DNA of 64,000 nt. Origin: an uncultured Rhizobiaceae bacterium (lineage in GTDB: Bacteria > Pseudomonadota > Alphaproteobacteria > UBA7879 > VGCX01). The stretch is from the NCBI GenBank assembly GCA_964350815.1, contig CAYGKW010000001.1, positions 92,120 to 156,119 on the forward strand, given 5' to 3'. Each line of letters starts with the position of its first letter. Within the stretch, counting starts at the first letter, position 1. Of the stretch, positions 1 to 10,399 are shown in pieces. Under the pieces are notes generated by a model. It had not been told where the DNA came from, ran no database searches, and was given only the letters and a program-made list of their open reading frames with translations. Both the position numbers and the translations under genes were made by a program.

Positions 1-831
1 CCATTTTTCCACAAAGATTGATGAACATGCATCCCAGACCCGTTATCATCCATCAAAGGCTTGGGCATAAAGGTGGCTGACTTTCCATGCATATCTGCTG
101 TATTTAATACAGTGTATTTATACTTTTGCATTTTGTCTGCCATGGATGTCAGGGTCGCATATTTAATTCCGATTTCGCTTTGACATGTGGCAACTTCATG
201 GTGATGTTTTTCGACTTCGACACCCATTTCAATCAGATATTCCATCATATCTTCACGCACGTGTTGTGTGGCATCTTGGGGCAGCATTGCTGTGTACCCT
301 TTTTTCAAATCAATGGAATGGCCTGTCGTTGTACCCAGTTCATTTTGCCCTGGTTTATTTGGCATTTCTTGGTCTTCAACAGAATAATAAAGTGCGTTAT
401 GTGCTGCCCCAAAACGTACTTCGTCAAACAAAAAGAATTCAGCCTCTGGCCCAAAATAAGATGTATCTGCAAGCCCTGTATTTTTCAAATAAGCTTCGGC
501 TTTTTGGGCAATACCGCGGGGATCACGGTTGTACGGTTTTCCCGTACTGGGGTCATAAACATCACAAATTAAAACATGGCTGCCTTCTTCCCCAAACGGG
601 TCAAAGCAATAGGATGTCAAGTCAGGTTTTAAAAGCATATCTGAATTATTAATATCGCGCCAACTTGGAATGGATGATCCATCAAACATAATACCTTGTT
701 CAAGTGTTTTTTCATCCACAGCAGAAACATGATAGGCAATGCCATACCACTTGCCATACATATCCGTGAATCGGAAATTTAGATAGGATGAACGTTCTTG
801 GGTAATGATTTTGATTAGGTCGCTTGCTTTC
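1..831 (-). CDS. glnA: Glutamine synthetase type I, N-terminal ~277 aa; C-terminus runs off the window start
   Basis: Reverse-strand translation from the ATG at 831 gives MKASDLIKIITQERSSYLNFRFTDMYGKWYGIAYHV...GSSIPSWRDI...FDPFGEEGSH...PRGIAQKAEAYLK, the GS beta-grasp and start of the catalytic domain. The reading frame is still open at position 1. It is absent from the ORF track because it is partial. Confidence 0.85.
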
Positions 832-955
832 ATTTCTGCCTCTTGAATTCGAAAAGTATTTACTTTCTTATTAAGCCGGAAAAAAGACGTAACCTCAAGC
901 AAAATTCTGTGACAAATTATTTCAACCTTTTAAGCCCCAAAAACCCCTTTAAATT

Positions 956-1501
956 TTGGTAAAAAGTGCTTATATTATGGGTATGAGCAAGTTTAATATT
1001 GTATACGCAACCAACCCATTTTTATCACAGTCTTGTAACGATGTTACAAAGATTGATTCTGATATGCCCAAATTAATCAAGGACATGTTCGATACAATGT
1101 ATAAAGAAGATGGATGTGGACTTGCAGCCCCACAAATTGGTATTGATCAAAATATTTTTGTTGTCGATGTATCTTATGTTGATCCAGATCTAAAACCCAT
1201 GGCCATTATCAACCCTAAATTTACATGGGCATCCGATACCACATGTACTAAAGATGAATACTGTATTTCAGTTCCAGGATCTGGGGTTAAAGTCACCCGC
1301 CCTGAAGAAGTTAAACTGGACTTTTTAAACGAATATGGGGAACAAAAATCCCTTCATGCATCGGGCTTATTGGCACGCTGTGTTCAACATGAAAATGATC
1401 ATTTAAAAGGGGTTACTTTACTTGATTATATGTCTGGCCTGCGCCGCAAAATGGCCACCAAAAAAATCTTAAAAGTTGAAAAATACCTTCAACAAACCTA
1501 A
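956..1501 (+). CDS. def: Peptide deformylase
   Basis: Motifs GCGLAAPQIG, a Cys-containing central motif, and HENDHL (HExxH metal site). The start is uncertain: in-frame Met codons also occur at 977 and 983. Confidence 0.9.
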   Translation: MVKSAYIMGMSKFNIVYATNPFLSQSCNDVTKIDSDMPKLIKDMFDTMYKEDGCGLAAPQIGIDQNIFVVDVSYVDPDLKPMAIINPKFTWASDTTCTKDEYCISVPGSGVKVTRPEEVKLDFLNEYGEQKSLHASGLLARCVQHENDHLKGVTLLDYMSGLRRKMATKKILKVEKYLQQT

Positions 1502-1569
1502 GAAAAAATTCAAAGACTGTTCCTTTAAACTGTTTTTTATTCTAAGATATAAAAAAACAGGGAAAACAT

Positions 1570-2259
1570 ATGGACATATTCTTTATTAAAAACATAATTG
1601 CCTTAGGGTGGCTTGTCATATGCTGGGGTGGATTTTCTTATTACGCCACACTTAAAGAAGACCAAAGCCTTGCCGGACAAATTCAATTTTTTCGGGTACG
1701 CTGGGGCAAACAACTTTTGCACCGTGTGAATTCACGTTTTACAGATGTTGGCATCTTAAACCACCACCAACAAATTGGTTTGTTTTTTGCGTCAACCAGC
1801 ATGCTTATTATTGCAGGGCTTATTACCTTGTTAGGGGCTGAAGAAGATGTCCTTAGTTATCTTAAAAAAATACCTGCTGGGGCACCCAGCCATCAGTATT
1901 GGTATCTTAAAGTACAAACCTTATTGGTTATTTTTATTTTCACGTTTTTTAAATACACCTGGGCCATTCGCCATTGGAATTATTCTGCCATTTTGGTTGG
2001 CGCAGCAAAAGAAGATCCCGCAAAAGCAATCAAGTCAGATAAAGAGCTAAGTGAGCAATTTTCCTATATTGGAAAGATTGCAGCCCGTCATTTCACACAG
2101 GGCCTTCGGGGTTATTATTATGGTCTGGCGACCATGGCATGGTTTATAAATTATTGGGCTTTTATCGTGGCTACAACCTGGATTACAATTGTTTTATATC
2201 GACGGGAATTTCATTCCAAAATTTTACATGCCTTACAAAATGATACTGATGACGATTAA
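1570..2259 (+). CDS. Hypothetical polytopic membrane protein, tentatively DUF599-like
   Basis: 229-aa ORF with about four hydrophobic helices and no catalytic motif. The family assignment is from recollection only. Confidence 0.45.
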   Translation: MDIFFIKNIIALGWLVICWGGFSYYATLKEDQSLAGQIQFFRVRWGKQLLHRVNSRFTDVGILNHHQQIGLFFASTSMLIIAGLITLLGAEEDVLSYLKKIPAGAPSHQYWYLKVQTLLVIFIFTFFKYTWAIRHWNYSAILVGAAKEDPAKAIKSDKELSEQFSYIGKIAARHFTQGLRGYYYGLATMAWFINYWAFIVATTWITIVLYRREFHSKILHALQNDTDDD

Positions 2260-2573
2260 TTAGAAACTGAAGCATCAACCCAATTTAGAAATGGGGTATT
2301 TGTATCTTCGGGTTTTATAATCGTGATACAGGGCGTTTCATACGGATGATTTTTTTCTATCACCATCACGGCTTGTTTTATTTTTTTCCCCGTAGTTTTA
2401 AAAATTACTGGCACTTCTGACTCTTCTTCAACTTTGCCTTTCCATTGATACATAGATGTCATTGGGGCATACATATTTACACAAGCAACAAGGTTTTTAT
2501 TCAATAATATCTGGGCCATTTCCTTTGCCTGTTTTTGCGTTGAAAAAGTTGTATAAATTAGTCTTAATTCCAT
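2256..2573 (-). CDS. cutA: Divalent-cation tolerance protein CutA
   Basis: Translation MELRLIYTTF...LVACVNMYAPMTSMYQWKGKVEEESEVPVIFKTT...HPYETPCITIIKP...FLNWVDASV matches the CutA1 signature (YxWxG...KTT...HPYxxP...L.W...S). The true start is probably the internal Met, about 105 aa, not the 143-aa extension in the ORF track. Confidence 0.8.
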   Translation of the reverse strand: MELRLIYTTFSTQKQAKEMAQILLNKNLVACVNMYAPMTSMYQWKGKVEEESEVPVIFKTTGKKIKQAVMVIEKNHPYETPCITIIKPEDTNTPFLNWVDASVSN

Positions 2574-2616
2574 TGTTTTCTTCCCCTTTTGGACAAACCT
2601 AGACTTTATAATAAAA

Positions 2617-3852
2617 TTGTGCAATACAGTATACATGTCCCATACCATAAAAAAACCATCCGTATGGATTATTGTATTGATTGCCATTATCCCTCAGATA
2701 TCTGAGGCGATTTATTCCCCCGCTTTACCAGAAATTGCAGCAAGTCTAAGAACAACAGTCCCCTTAACGGAACATACCTTGGCCATTTATTTATTTGGTT
2801 TTGCCTGTGGTGTTTTTTTGTGGGGCACACGATCTGATGCGATTGGCAGGCGCCCTGCTGTTCTTATGGGGTATTCGTTATTTGCCGTTGCTTGTATTGG
2901 GTGTTATTTTTCAAAAAGTATTGAGTCTTTACTTGCTTGGCGCTTTGTTCAAGGTTTGGGGGGCGCCGTTGGATCTGTCATGGGACAAACAATTGCACGT
3001 GACAGTTTTAAAGGAAAAGAACGTGGGGTTGTCTTTTCAACGGTTGGTATGGTCATTACCATTGGCCCGGCCTTAGGCCCTGTTATCGGGGGTGTTGTTG
3101 TTCAAAATTTTCACTGGAGTCTTGTTTTTATAATTTTATTCTTATCAAGCCTAACAGTTTTATTTAACGTTTTTACAAAACTTCCAGAAACGCATCCTGA
3201 TTTTGGCAACCGTCATAATAGAATTCGCTGGCCTGCGGCAGCGGCCAAAATGATTAAAGACCCCCAAGTCATGACATGTGGGTTTGCTGTCGGGTGTATT
3301 GTTGGAATTACCTTTTGTTTATACAGTGAAGGGCCCTTTTATTTTATTGATATATTACAGATAAGCCCTTCCCAATATGGATCTATATTTTTAATAATTT
3401 GTACTGTTGCTGTTTTGGGGGGATACGTTTCCCGTGCCATGAACAAAAAGGGGCATACCCCCGTTGACCTTATACAATTCAGTATATTGTTGTTGCTGAT
3501 AAGTTCTTTTCTAATGACCCTGTGTACATATATTGGCCTTATTTCTGTTGAAAACCCAAGACAAGCGATTATCCTTAGTATCGGATTTCTTTTCTTTATT
3601 GATTTTTCCTTTGGTATGGCCATCCCAAATTTATTAAGTTTGTCTTTAACAAAATATGGACATATGGCCGGAACCGCTGGGGCCTTATTTGGATTTTTAT
3701 ATTACATAGTAACATCGGTCGTTACATATGGAATGGGACTGTTTCATAATGGCACTTTAAACGCAATGCCTTTATATTTTACAATTATTTCAGGCCTATC
3801 TTTTGGGGTGTTCTTATTAAATAAGAATAAATTGGAACATGACCACAGTTAA
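2617..3852 (+). CDS. MFS transporter, Bcr/CflA-like drug-resistance family
   Basis: Twelve predicted TM segments. MFS motif A-like GRRPAVLMG after TM2. The N-terminus IAIIPQISEAIYSPALPEIAASL is typical of Bcr/CflA. Confidence 0.8.
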   Translation: MCNTVYMSHTIKKPSVWIIVLIAIIPQISEAIYSPALPEIAASLRTTVPLTEHTLAIYLFGFACGVFLWGTRSDAIGRRPAVLMGYSLFAVACIGCYFSKSIESLLAWRFVQGLGGAVGSVMGQTIARDSFKGKERGVVFSTVGMVITIGPALGPVIGGVVVQNFHWSLVFIILFLSSLTVLFNVFTKLPETHPDFGNRHNRIRWPAAAAKMIKDPQVMTCGFAVGCIVGITFCLYSEGPFYFIDILQISPSQYGSIFLIICTVAVLGGYVSRAMNKKGHTPVDLIQFSILLLLISSFLMTLCTYIGLISVENPRQAIILSIGFLFFIDFSFGMAIPNLLSLSLTKYGHMAGTAGALFGFLYYIVTSVVTYGMGLFHNGTLNAMPLYFTIISGLSFGVFLLNKNKLEHDHS

Positions 3853-3866
3853 GAATGGCAGCTTAC

Positions 3867-4073
3867 CTATTGCGCCTGCCGATTCTTTTCAATTATTTTA
3901 TGCCAATGGGGATCATTTTTTAAGACATATTTTATACATTCTTCGATAAAATAATCTTTCTTTTTTATACCGGCTGACTCACAGTACTTTTTCATATGAT
4001 CAACCGTTGTTTGGGACAAAGTAACTCTTAAAACTTTCTTATTATTTTCCGGTGGATTAATTACAAAGTTCAT
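3867..4073 (-). CDS. Hypothetical small protein (68 aa)
   Basis: ORF only; basic and hydrophilic; no recognisable motif. Confidence 0.3.
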   Translation of the reverse strand: MNFVINPPENNKKVLRVTLSQTTVDHMKKYCESAGIKKKDYFIEECIKYVLKNDPHWHKIIEKNRQAQ

Positions 4074-4119
4074 TTCATCCTCCTTCTTCTTTTGATTCAG
4101 TATACCATTTTCATAAAAA

Positions 4120-4150
4120 AAATCCCCTAATTTTTTAGGGGATTAGCATG
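4120..4150 (-). terminator. Rho-independent terminator downstream of the 4233..5048 gene
   Basis: Perfect inverted repeat aatcccctaa / ttaggggatt around a short loop, followed on the minus strand by a run of eight or more U. Confidence 0.55.
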
Positions 4151-4232
4151 CTTAAAAATGATTAAAGCTTATATTGATTCAAACATGTGTCTTTTTTTGT
4201 GTCAATTTTTTGCCCTGTTTTTTGTACTATTT

Positions 4233-5048
4233 TTATACCAATAATTCGTGTAACTTTTTTAGATACTGTTCTTCAGTCAAGCACGGGCTTGCAGAATACC
4301 AAGATTGGGTATAATGAATACCAATAAATTGGACTTTATCCCCGTATTTTTCTTTAATCATTTTTTCAAATGCTTTTAAATTTTTCAGCCGGTCTTCAAT
4401 AACTACGATGACTTTAGGGGAACTGGGAATAAGTTCTAAAAACTTTTCCAAGGCCGCCATCTTGTTATAGGGCCCCTTTTCTCCATTTGAATATAAAATA
4501 TTATTTTTTAAGGCTGGATGGCCATCATTATATTTCGGCATTTTATTGAAATAGTACACGGTTGGAATTCCGGATTTTCCCTTAAACTGAATGCCTTTTT
4601 TGGCCAAATCTTCTTGACGTAGATCGGTATATGTTTTTCCTGAAACAAAGGATGGTCCGGTCAACATACCTGTAAAACCAAAAATATAGTTTTGATTATC
4701 AAGGATCTGTATTAAATCTGGAAAGTTTGGATCCACCAGTTCTGTTTTACGGGACAACATCATTTTTGCCAAAGTTTGATCCACTTTTTCAGGCGGCATC
4801 CCCTTGTAAAAATCTTTGTATGCCCCAGCATATTTCATAACTGAGGGCATCTTTAATTCTTGTTCCACAGGTTCAATTAATGTGAAATCCACATCAAAGA
4901 AAACCCAACTGCCCTTTTCAATCTGGGATAAATGACTTTTCAGTTCATAATAATTTGTGGCATCCAGAATTTTGGCGTGGGATTTATGACCCGCAAAAAA
5001 CAACCCAATGGTAATTAAGATAGAAACTGTTGTTGAAAAAAAATTCAT
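4233..5048 (-). CDS. Secreted HAD-superfamily-like protein (class B acid phosphatase-like); function unknown
   Basis: N-terminal signal peptide MNFFSTTVSILITIGLFFAGHKSHA. The motif FFDVDFTLIEP matches the DxDxT HAD motif I. The start is taken at the MNFF Met rather than the upstream Met in the ORF track. Confidence 0.55.
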   Translation of the reverse strand: MNFFSTTVSILITIGLFFAGHKSHAKILDATNYYELKSHLSQIEKGSWVFFDVDFTLIEPVEQELKMPSVMKYAGAYKDFYKGMPPEKVDQTLAKMMLSRKTELVDPNFPDLIQILDNQNYIFGFTGMLTGPSFVSGKTYTDLRQEDLAKKGIQFKGKSGIPTVYYFNKMPKYNDGHPALKNNILYSNGEKGPYNKMAALEKFLELIPSSPKVIVVIEDRLKNLKAFEKMIKEKYGDKVQFIGIHYTQSWYSASPCLTEEQYLKKLHELLV

Positions 5049-5186
5049 ATTATTTCCTTTACCAAAATTATTGTACACATATATTGAATGAAAAAATATT
5101 AGAAAAAGGGAAATATGATTAAAAATTCATTGCCTGCTTTAAGTTTTTAATGCAGATTTTTTGTGTATATAATAAAGGGATAAATA

Positions 5187-5795
5187 ATGAAGAATATCAA
5201 TCACAATACTGAGAATACAATTAACCTTGCTTTACCAGAGTGGGTTAATGATTTTTGTAGCTTACCACATGACTTTTCTACCATAGAAAAACGTATGGAT
5301 TTTGCAATTGAACTTTCAAGAAAAAATATTGAAAATAACACAGGGGGACCTTTCGGGGCTGCAATTTTTGATATAGATACGCATGAACTTATCTCTGCTG
5401 GTGTTAATGTTGTTGTGCCACAAAATGCTTGTATTGCACATGCTGAAATGATGGCCATTGCCTTTGCGCAAAAAAAACTTAAAACCTTTAGCCTTGCCAA
5501 TATAGAAAACTGCCAATATGAACTGGTTACTAGTGCTGAACCTTGTTCTATGTGTTTTGGTTCAACCTTATGGTCAGGCATTAAAAGCTGTACTTATGGG
5601 GCAACTGCAGAGGATGTTATCGCCATTGGCTTTGACGAGGGGGATAAGCCTGAAAATTGGATTAAGTCACTCACTTCTAGAGGGATTGCATGCACCGGAG
5701 AAATTCAAAGGGATAAAGCAAAAGAAGCTTTGAATTTTTATGCATCAAAAAGCGGGAAGATTTATAACGGTAACAGTGCAACATCTGTAGGTTAA
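5187..5795 (+). CDS. Nucleoside deaminase of the CDA fold (guanine deaminase GuaD / TadA-like)
   Basis: Zinc-ligand motifs HAEMMAI and EPCSMC. GGPFGAAIFD and GFDEGD resemble GuaD-type deaminases. Confidence 0.8.
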   Translation: MKNINHNTENTINLALPEWVNDFCSLPHDFSTIEKRMDFAIELSRKNIENNTGGPFGAAIFDIDTHELISAGVNVVVPQNACIAHAEMMAIAFAQKKLKTFSLANIENCQYELVTSAEPCSMCFGSTLWSGIKSCTYGATAEDVIAIGFDEGDKPENWIKSLTSRGIACTGEIQRDKAKEALNFYASKSGKIYNGNSATSVG

Positions 5796-5894
5796 TCTTT
5801 AATCGCATAAAATTCTGTTTTTAAATTCTTTGGGGGAGGTTCTTTACTTAGCCCCCCCTTTTCCTTTTGTGCGTATTATTATATAGTCTTAAAC

Positions 5895-7286
5895 ATGACA
5901 GCACTTGTTTGGTTTAAAAAAGATTTACGTCTTAGTGATAATTCAGCCCTTTCTTATGCGGCCCGTAATCATAAAGATATTTTACCTGTTTATATTTATG
6001 ATGAGAAATTAAACATTGGGGGCGCCCAAAAAGTATGGCTTCATCACAGTTTAAAAAAGCTTTCTGATGCATTAAAAGGCAGCCTTGTTCTTAAAAAAGG
6101 ACCACCGGAAAAGGTGATTTTCCAACTTATTAAAGAACTTAATATCAAGGCCGTTTACTGGAATCGCGGCTACACCCCCTATGAAATGGAACGGGATGCC
6201 AAGATTAAAGAAGCCTTAAAAGAAAAGAATATTGAGGTAAAATCTTTTGATGGATACCTGCTGTTTGAACCCCACAAAATTAAAAATAAACAAGGGTCAT
6301 TTTTTAAAGTCTTTACCCCTTTTTATAAATCTTGCTTGGAACATCCAGACCCCCGGGATCCAATAAACAAACCCAAAGAAATCAATTTTGCAAAAGCAAA
6401 AACCGAATCCCTTGATGACTGGAATTTAATTCCATCCAACCCAAACTGGTCAAAAAGTATTGTGGATGAATGGCAGCCAGGGGAAGACGGCGCCAAAAAA
6501 CGGTTAACAAACTTTATAAATTCCCGAATTCATAAGTATGGGAAAGGACGTGATTTTCCAGCATCAGATTTAACATCTATGCTTTCCCCGCATCTACATT
6601 TTGGGGAAATATCCCCCTATCAAATTTGGCATAGTGCAAAAAATGCTGATGCGCCACAAACAGAGAAAAATAAATTCATAAGTGAAATTTGTTGGCGTGA
6701 ATTTTCCTATCATCTTTTGTATCATTTTTCACAACTGTCTGAAAAAAATTGGAACCCTAAGTTCGATAAGTTCCCATGGGATAATGATAAAAAGTTATTA
6801 AAGAAATGGCAAAAGGGACAGACTGGATACCCTATTGTTGATGCAGGTATGCGGCAACTGTGGGCCACTGGATATATGCATAACCGCGTGCGCATGATTG
6901 TGGCCTCCTTTCTGACAAAAGATTTATTCGTGCACTGGAAATATGGGGCCGAATGGTTTTGGGATACGTTGGTTGACGCTGACCTGGCTAGTAATTCAGC
7001 CAGCTGGCAATGGGTTGCCGGATGTGGGGCAGATGCTTCCCCTTATTTCAGAGTCTTCAACCCAATGCTTCAAAGCAAGAAATTTGATACTGATGGGGAT
7101 TATATTAAAAAGTGGTGCTCTGAACTTTCAAAACTTGATAGCAAATATATTCATGCCCCATGGGGGGCACCACAGGAAGCCTTGGAAAAAGCCAATATTA
7201 AAATTGGTAATACCTATCCAAAACCCATTGTTGAACACAGCAAGGCACGTGAAAAAGCCCTAAGAATTTATCAACAAATTAAATAG
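5895..7286 (+). CDS. phrB: Deoxyribodipyrimidine photolyase / cryptochrome-family protein
   Basis: N-terminus MTALVWFKKDLRLSDNSAL. FAD-binding domain motifs TGYPIVDAGMRQLWATGYMHNRVRM and WFWDTLVDADLASNSASWQW. Confidence 0.9.
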   Translation: MTALVWFKKDLRLSDNSALSYAARNHKDILPVYIYDEKLNIGGAQKVWLHHSLKKLSDALKGSLVLKKGPPEKVIFQLIKELNIKAVYWNRGYTPYEMERDAKIKEALKEKNIEVKSFDGYLLFEPHKIKNKQGSFFKVFTPFYKSCLEHPDPRDPINKPKEINFAKAKTESLDDWNLIPSNPNWSKSIVDEWQPGEDGAKKRLTNFINSRIHKYGKGRDFPASDLTSMLSPHLHFGEISPYQIWHSAKNADAPQTEKNKFISEICWREFSYHLLYHFSQLSEKNWNPKFDKFPWDNDKKLLKKWQKGQTGYPIVDAGMRQLWATGYMHNRVRMIVASFLTKDLFVHWKYGAEWFWDTLVDADLASNSASWQWVAGCGADASPYFRVFNPMLQSKKFDTDGDYIKKWCSELSKLDSKYIHAPWGAPQEALEKANIKIGNTYPKPIVEHSKAREKALRIYQQIK

Positions 7287-8261
7287 CCGGAGTATGTTTA
7301 GATAGCCGGGTGTGAACTGGACAGTTTGTAATTCCAATTTCTTTTAAAGATTTATCCCTACAAGCAAAAATCCAATCTATAAAATATTTTGCAAGTTCTG
7401 ACTCTAGGAACTTGCGATCAACTTTTACAAACAGTTCAACACTTTCCCCTTCGATTTCTGGAAGAATTCTTTGAACATCAAACCCCCCAAGTTTAATTGT
7501 TTCTTCCGAAGATGATATAACCCCACCCCCAAGTTCTGACAAACGATCCATGGTTCGTGGGTCTGCTGAATAAACAACATTTAATTCCCGTGCCGATCTT
7601 GCAAGTGTTCTTAATGCCAGATCGTTTCCATACACGTTTTTTTTGGTGTCAGGATTCTGCAAACAATAAAGCGGTGACGCACAAGATCATCCACTTCAGT
7701 GATTTTTCCATGTTTTTCTATGTAGGAATTTGATGCCCACAATTTTTGCTTAAAACTGTAAAAAGGAAAATATTTATAAGATTCGGAATCATCTTCCCAT
7801 TGGCCAATAAAAATACCGTTAATATCTTGTTGATCCAAGTAACGACTTTTGGGAAATAAACTTAAGCGGATATTTGGATTTTGATCCATAAATTTTGTGA
7901 TATGCGTAATAAAGAAGGAATCAAATAAAGTTTGGGTGGTGATAAAAGAAACTTCCCCTTCATTATACTTACTGCCCCACAATATCGTTTTTGTGCGAAC
8001 GCTTTCCCCAAGCCATGCAATTTTTTCCAGCTTAGGAATAACAGATTCACCATACTCAGTAACTGTGACTTCACCTGATCCTTGCTTCCTATTGAAAATC
8101 AAACTGCCTAGTTTCTTTTCCAAACGCCCTAAAATTGACATAAGGGTTGTTCTTGGTATATTAAGTTCTTGTGCTGCCAATGCCATGCTTTTAGTTTCTT
8201 TTACTACACAAACAACTTTGGCTTCATTTGTCCCGATTGAAAAGTCAATATCTGATGTCAT
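7279..8261 (-). pseudogene. LysR-family transcriptional regulator interrupted by a frameshift (pseudogene or sequencing error)
   Basis: ORF 7611..8261 carries the LysR HTH (AKVVCVVKETKSMALAAQELNIPRTTLMSILGRLEKKLG) and the start of the substrate-binding domain. ORF 7279..7662 continues the C-terminal domain in another frame. The two overlap by about 50 nt around a T8/A8 homopolymer at roughly 7636..7644. Combined length is about 325 aa, typical for LysR. Confidence 0.7.
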
Positions 8262-8588
8262 TATACGAATTCTTCGTCTTTTTGTTGTTTCATTTTAGTT
8301 TGACATTATTTTCATAATTATGTAAAGATTTAAATATTAGGGAAGAAGAAAGCATTATATGTATTTTCTAACCTAAAAAAATAAGTATGCACACTAAGTA
8401 CATACTTATGTAGAGTCTAAAAGCTAACATTAAATACTCTACACACCTCCCTGCAAATATGTAGAACACTTAAAAAGAGGGGGCCTAGTAACGTAGGCTC
8501 CTCTACTTTTTTATTATTACGCAATAAAAAGACTTTATTCAAGATTTTTTTGCATAGCTTGGTTGTAAAAAACGCAAATTTAATAAAT

Positions 8589-9080
8589 TTAGATAATTTG
8601 TGTGTAAAGAAACCACATAATTGACGCAGAAATAAGCCCCGCGATAATATCATCAAATATAATTCCAAAAGAAGTTTTTGTTGCCGACCCTTTTATCTGA
8701 TCAGCCCAGCTTATTGGCCAGGGTTTCCACATATCAAAAATACGAAACAAAACAAAACCCACAAAAAAACTTAAATATGTCTTTGGAACAAACCATAAAG
8801 TTACCCACATTCCCAGAAATTCATCAATAACAACCTCGCTTGGGTCTTCTGATGTTTTTTTATATTGAATTAGATAATATCTTGTTATTATCCAAGAAAA
8901 AATAAAAATCCCAAAAAATATAAAACTTTCGTAAGGAATATCTTTTAAAAACCAAAGAATTGGAAGGGATGCCAAAGTCCCCCATGTGCCTGGGGCTTTG
9001 GGCAAAAACCCTGAACCAAATAATGTTACATAAATACGACTGAACGACATAAATGTACTGTAAACCAAATTCACACCCAT
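8589..9080 (-). CDS. pgpA: Phosphatidylglycerophosphatase A
   Basis: Motifs FGSGFLPKAPGTWGTLASLP and DEFLGMW with multiple TM helices, typical of PgpA. Confidence 0.85.
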   Translation of the reverse strand: MGVNLVYSTFMSFSRIYVTLFGSGFLPKAPGTWGTLASLPILWFLKDIPYESFIFFGIFIFSWIITRYYLIQYKKTSEDPSEVVIDEFLGMWVTLWFVPKTYLSFFVGFVLFRIFDMWKPWPISWADQIKGSATKTSFGIIFDDIIAGLISASIMWFLYTQII

Positions 9081-9118
9081 TGGAACCTTGAACCTTTTAT
9101 AAAAATTGCTTATATTTT

Positions 9119-10117
9119 GTGCAGGTAAAATTTATTATGTTAAAAATTGGTTCATTAAATATACAAGATCCTGTATTCCTGGCCCCAATGTCAGGTGTAT
9201 CTGACCTGCCCTTTAGACGCGTTGTAAAACAACATGGCGTTGGCATGGTTATCTCTGAAATGATTGCCAGCCAGGCAATGATACGCGAAACCCGGGATGC
9301 AATGCGCCGCGCCAAATTTGAAAAAGGCGATGCCCCGCATATTGTCCAACTTGCTGGGTGTGAACCTGAAGTCATGGCCGAAGCTGCAAGATTAAATCAA
9401 GATCTTGGCGCCGATGTTATTGATATTAATATGGGTTGCCCTGCCAAAAAAGTGGTTAATGGCTATGCTGGATCGGCCTTGATGCAAGATGAAGATAAAG
9501 CCGCCCGTATTATTGAAGCCACCGTTAATGCCGTTAATATCCCCGTCACATTGAAAATGCGGACAGGTTGGGATGATAACAGCCGCAATGCCGCCGTCAT
9601 TGCAAAACAAGCAGAAGACATTGGAATTCAAATGATTACTGTTCACGGGCGTACCCGTTGTCAGTTTTATCGTGGAGATGCTGATTGGAAATTTATTCGA
9701 ACAGTAAAAGAAAGTGTTAACATCCCCATTATTGCAAATGGGGACATCAAAACATTTGAAGATGTAACCCAAGCTTTGGAAGATTCAAAGGCAGATGGAA
9801 TTATGATTGGACGCGGTACTTATGGTCGCCCCTGGTTTCCATCCCAAGTAATTGAATACTTAAACACAGGAAAAAAACTTGAAAACCCAGACTTAAAATC
9901 ACAATATACTACCATTCTTCAACACCTACATTACATGGTTGAACATTATGGCGAACTTATTGGGATACGCATGGCACGCAAGCATTTAAGTTGGTACAGC
10001 AAAGGACTTTATAATTCTGCAGATTTTCGTGCCCAAATTAATGTTCAAGAAAAATTATCTGCCGTGGAAGAAATTTTAAAAAAGTTTTACTTACCAATTT
10101 TAGAAAACGTTGCATAA
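9119..10117 (+). CDS. dusB: tRNA-dihydrouridine synthase B
   Basis: [22 protein letters not shown] and HGRTR motifs in a TIM-barrel DUS fold. It is followed by a fis-like gene, as in the E. coli dusB–fis operon. Confidence 0.9.
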   Translation: MQVKFIMLKIGSLNIQDPVFLAPMSGVSDLPFRRVVKQHGVGMVISEMIASQAMIRETRDAMRRAKFEKGDAPHIVQLAGCEPEVMAEAARLNQDLGADVIDINMGCPAKKVVNGYAGSALMQDEDKAARIIEATVNAVNIPVTLKMRTGWDDNSRNAAVIAKQAEDIGIQMITVHGRTRCQFYRGDADWKFIRTVKESVNIPIIANGDIKTFEDVTQALEDSKADGIMIGRGTYGRPWFPSQVIEYLNTGKKLENPDLKSQYTTILQHLHYMVEHYGELIGIRMARKHLSWYSKGLYNSADFRAQINVQEKLSAVEEILKKFYLPILENVA

Positions 10118-10132
10118 GATAAAGGGAGCCTT

Positions 10133-10399
10133 ATGAGCAAAGAAAAAATGCCACCACTTAGCCAAATTATTGATGACTATCTTACAAGATGTTTCACAGA
10201 AAATCCGGATATAAAAACGATCAATAATTTATATGAAACTATTATTGCTGAAGTTGAAAAACCTTTAATATCACTTGTCTTAAAAGAAACAGGATATAAT
10301 CAATCCAAGGCCGCAAAAACCCTTGGCATTAATCGTAATACACTTCGTAAAAAAATCCAGGATTTAAAATTGGATGTTAAATATAAAAACTCTAATTAA
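10133..10399 (+). CDS. fis: Fis-family DNA-binding protein
   Basis: 88 aa. The C-terminal HTH_8 motif GYNQSKAAKTLGINRNTLRKKIQDL is very close to Fis/NtrC C-terminal HTH. It sits directly after dusB. Confidence 0.75.
   Translation: MSKEKMPPLSQIIDDYLTRCFTENPDIKTINNLYETIIAEVEKPLISLVLKETGYNQSKAAKTLGINRNTLRKKIQDLKLDVKYKNSN

Noticed and set aside
126-652. Two overlapping plus-strand ORFs (148 and 155 aa) in the ORF track
   Set aside because: They are antisense to a clear glutamine synthetase (glnA) reading frame on the minus strand. They are rich in Cys/His/Phe, typical of reverse-frame artefacts.
8417-8668. 83-aa minus-strand ORF overlapping the pgpA 3' end, and the intergenic region 8262..8588
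   Set aside because: The ORF is short, overlaps a confident gene, and lies in an AT-rich intergenic stretch. The nearby imperfect hairpin (agagggggcc...ggctcctct plus a T run, about 8468..8510) is most simply the pgpA terminator, not a separate element.
9097-9772. Minus-strand ORFs of 92 and 126 aa inside dusB
   Set aside because: They are antisense to a well-supported dusB frame and have no motifs.
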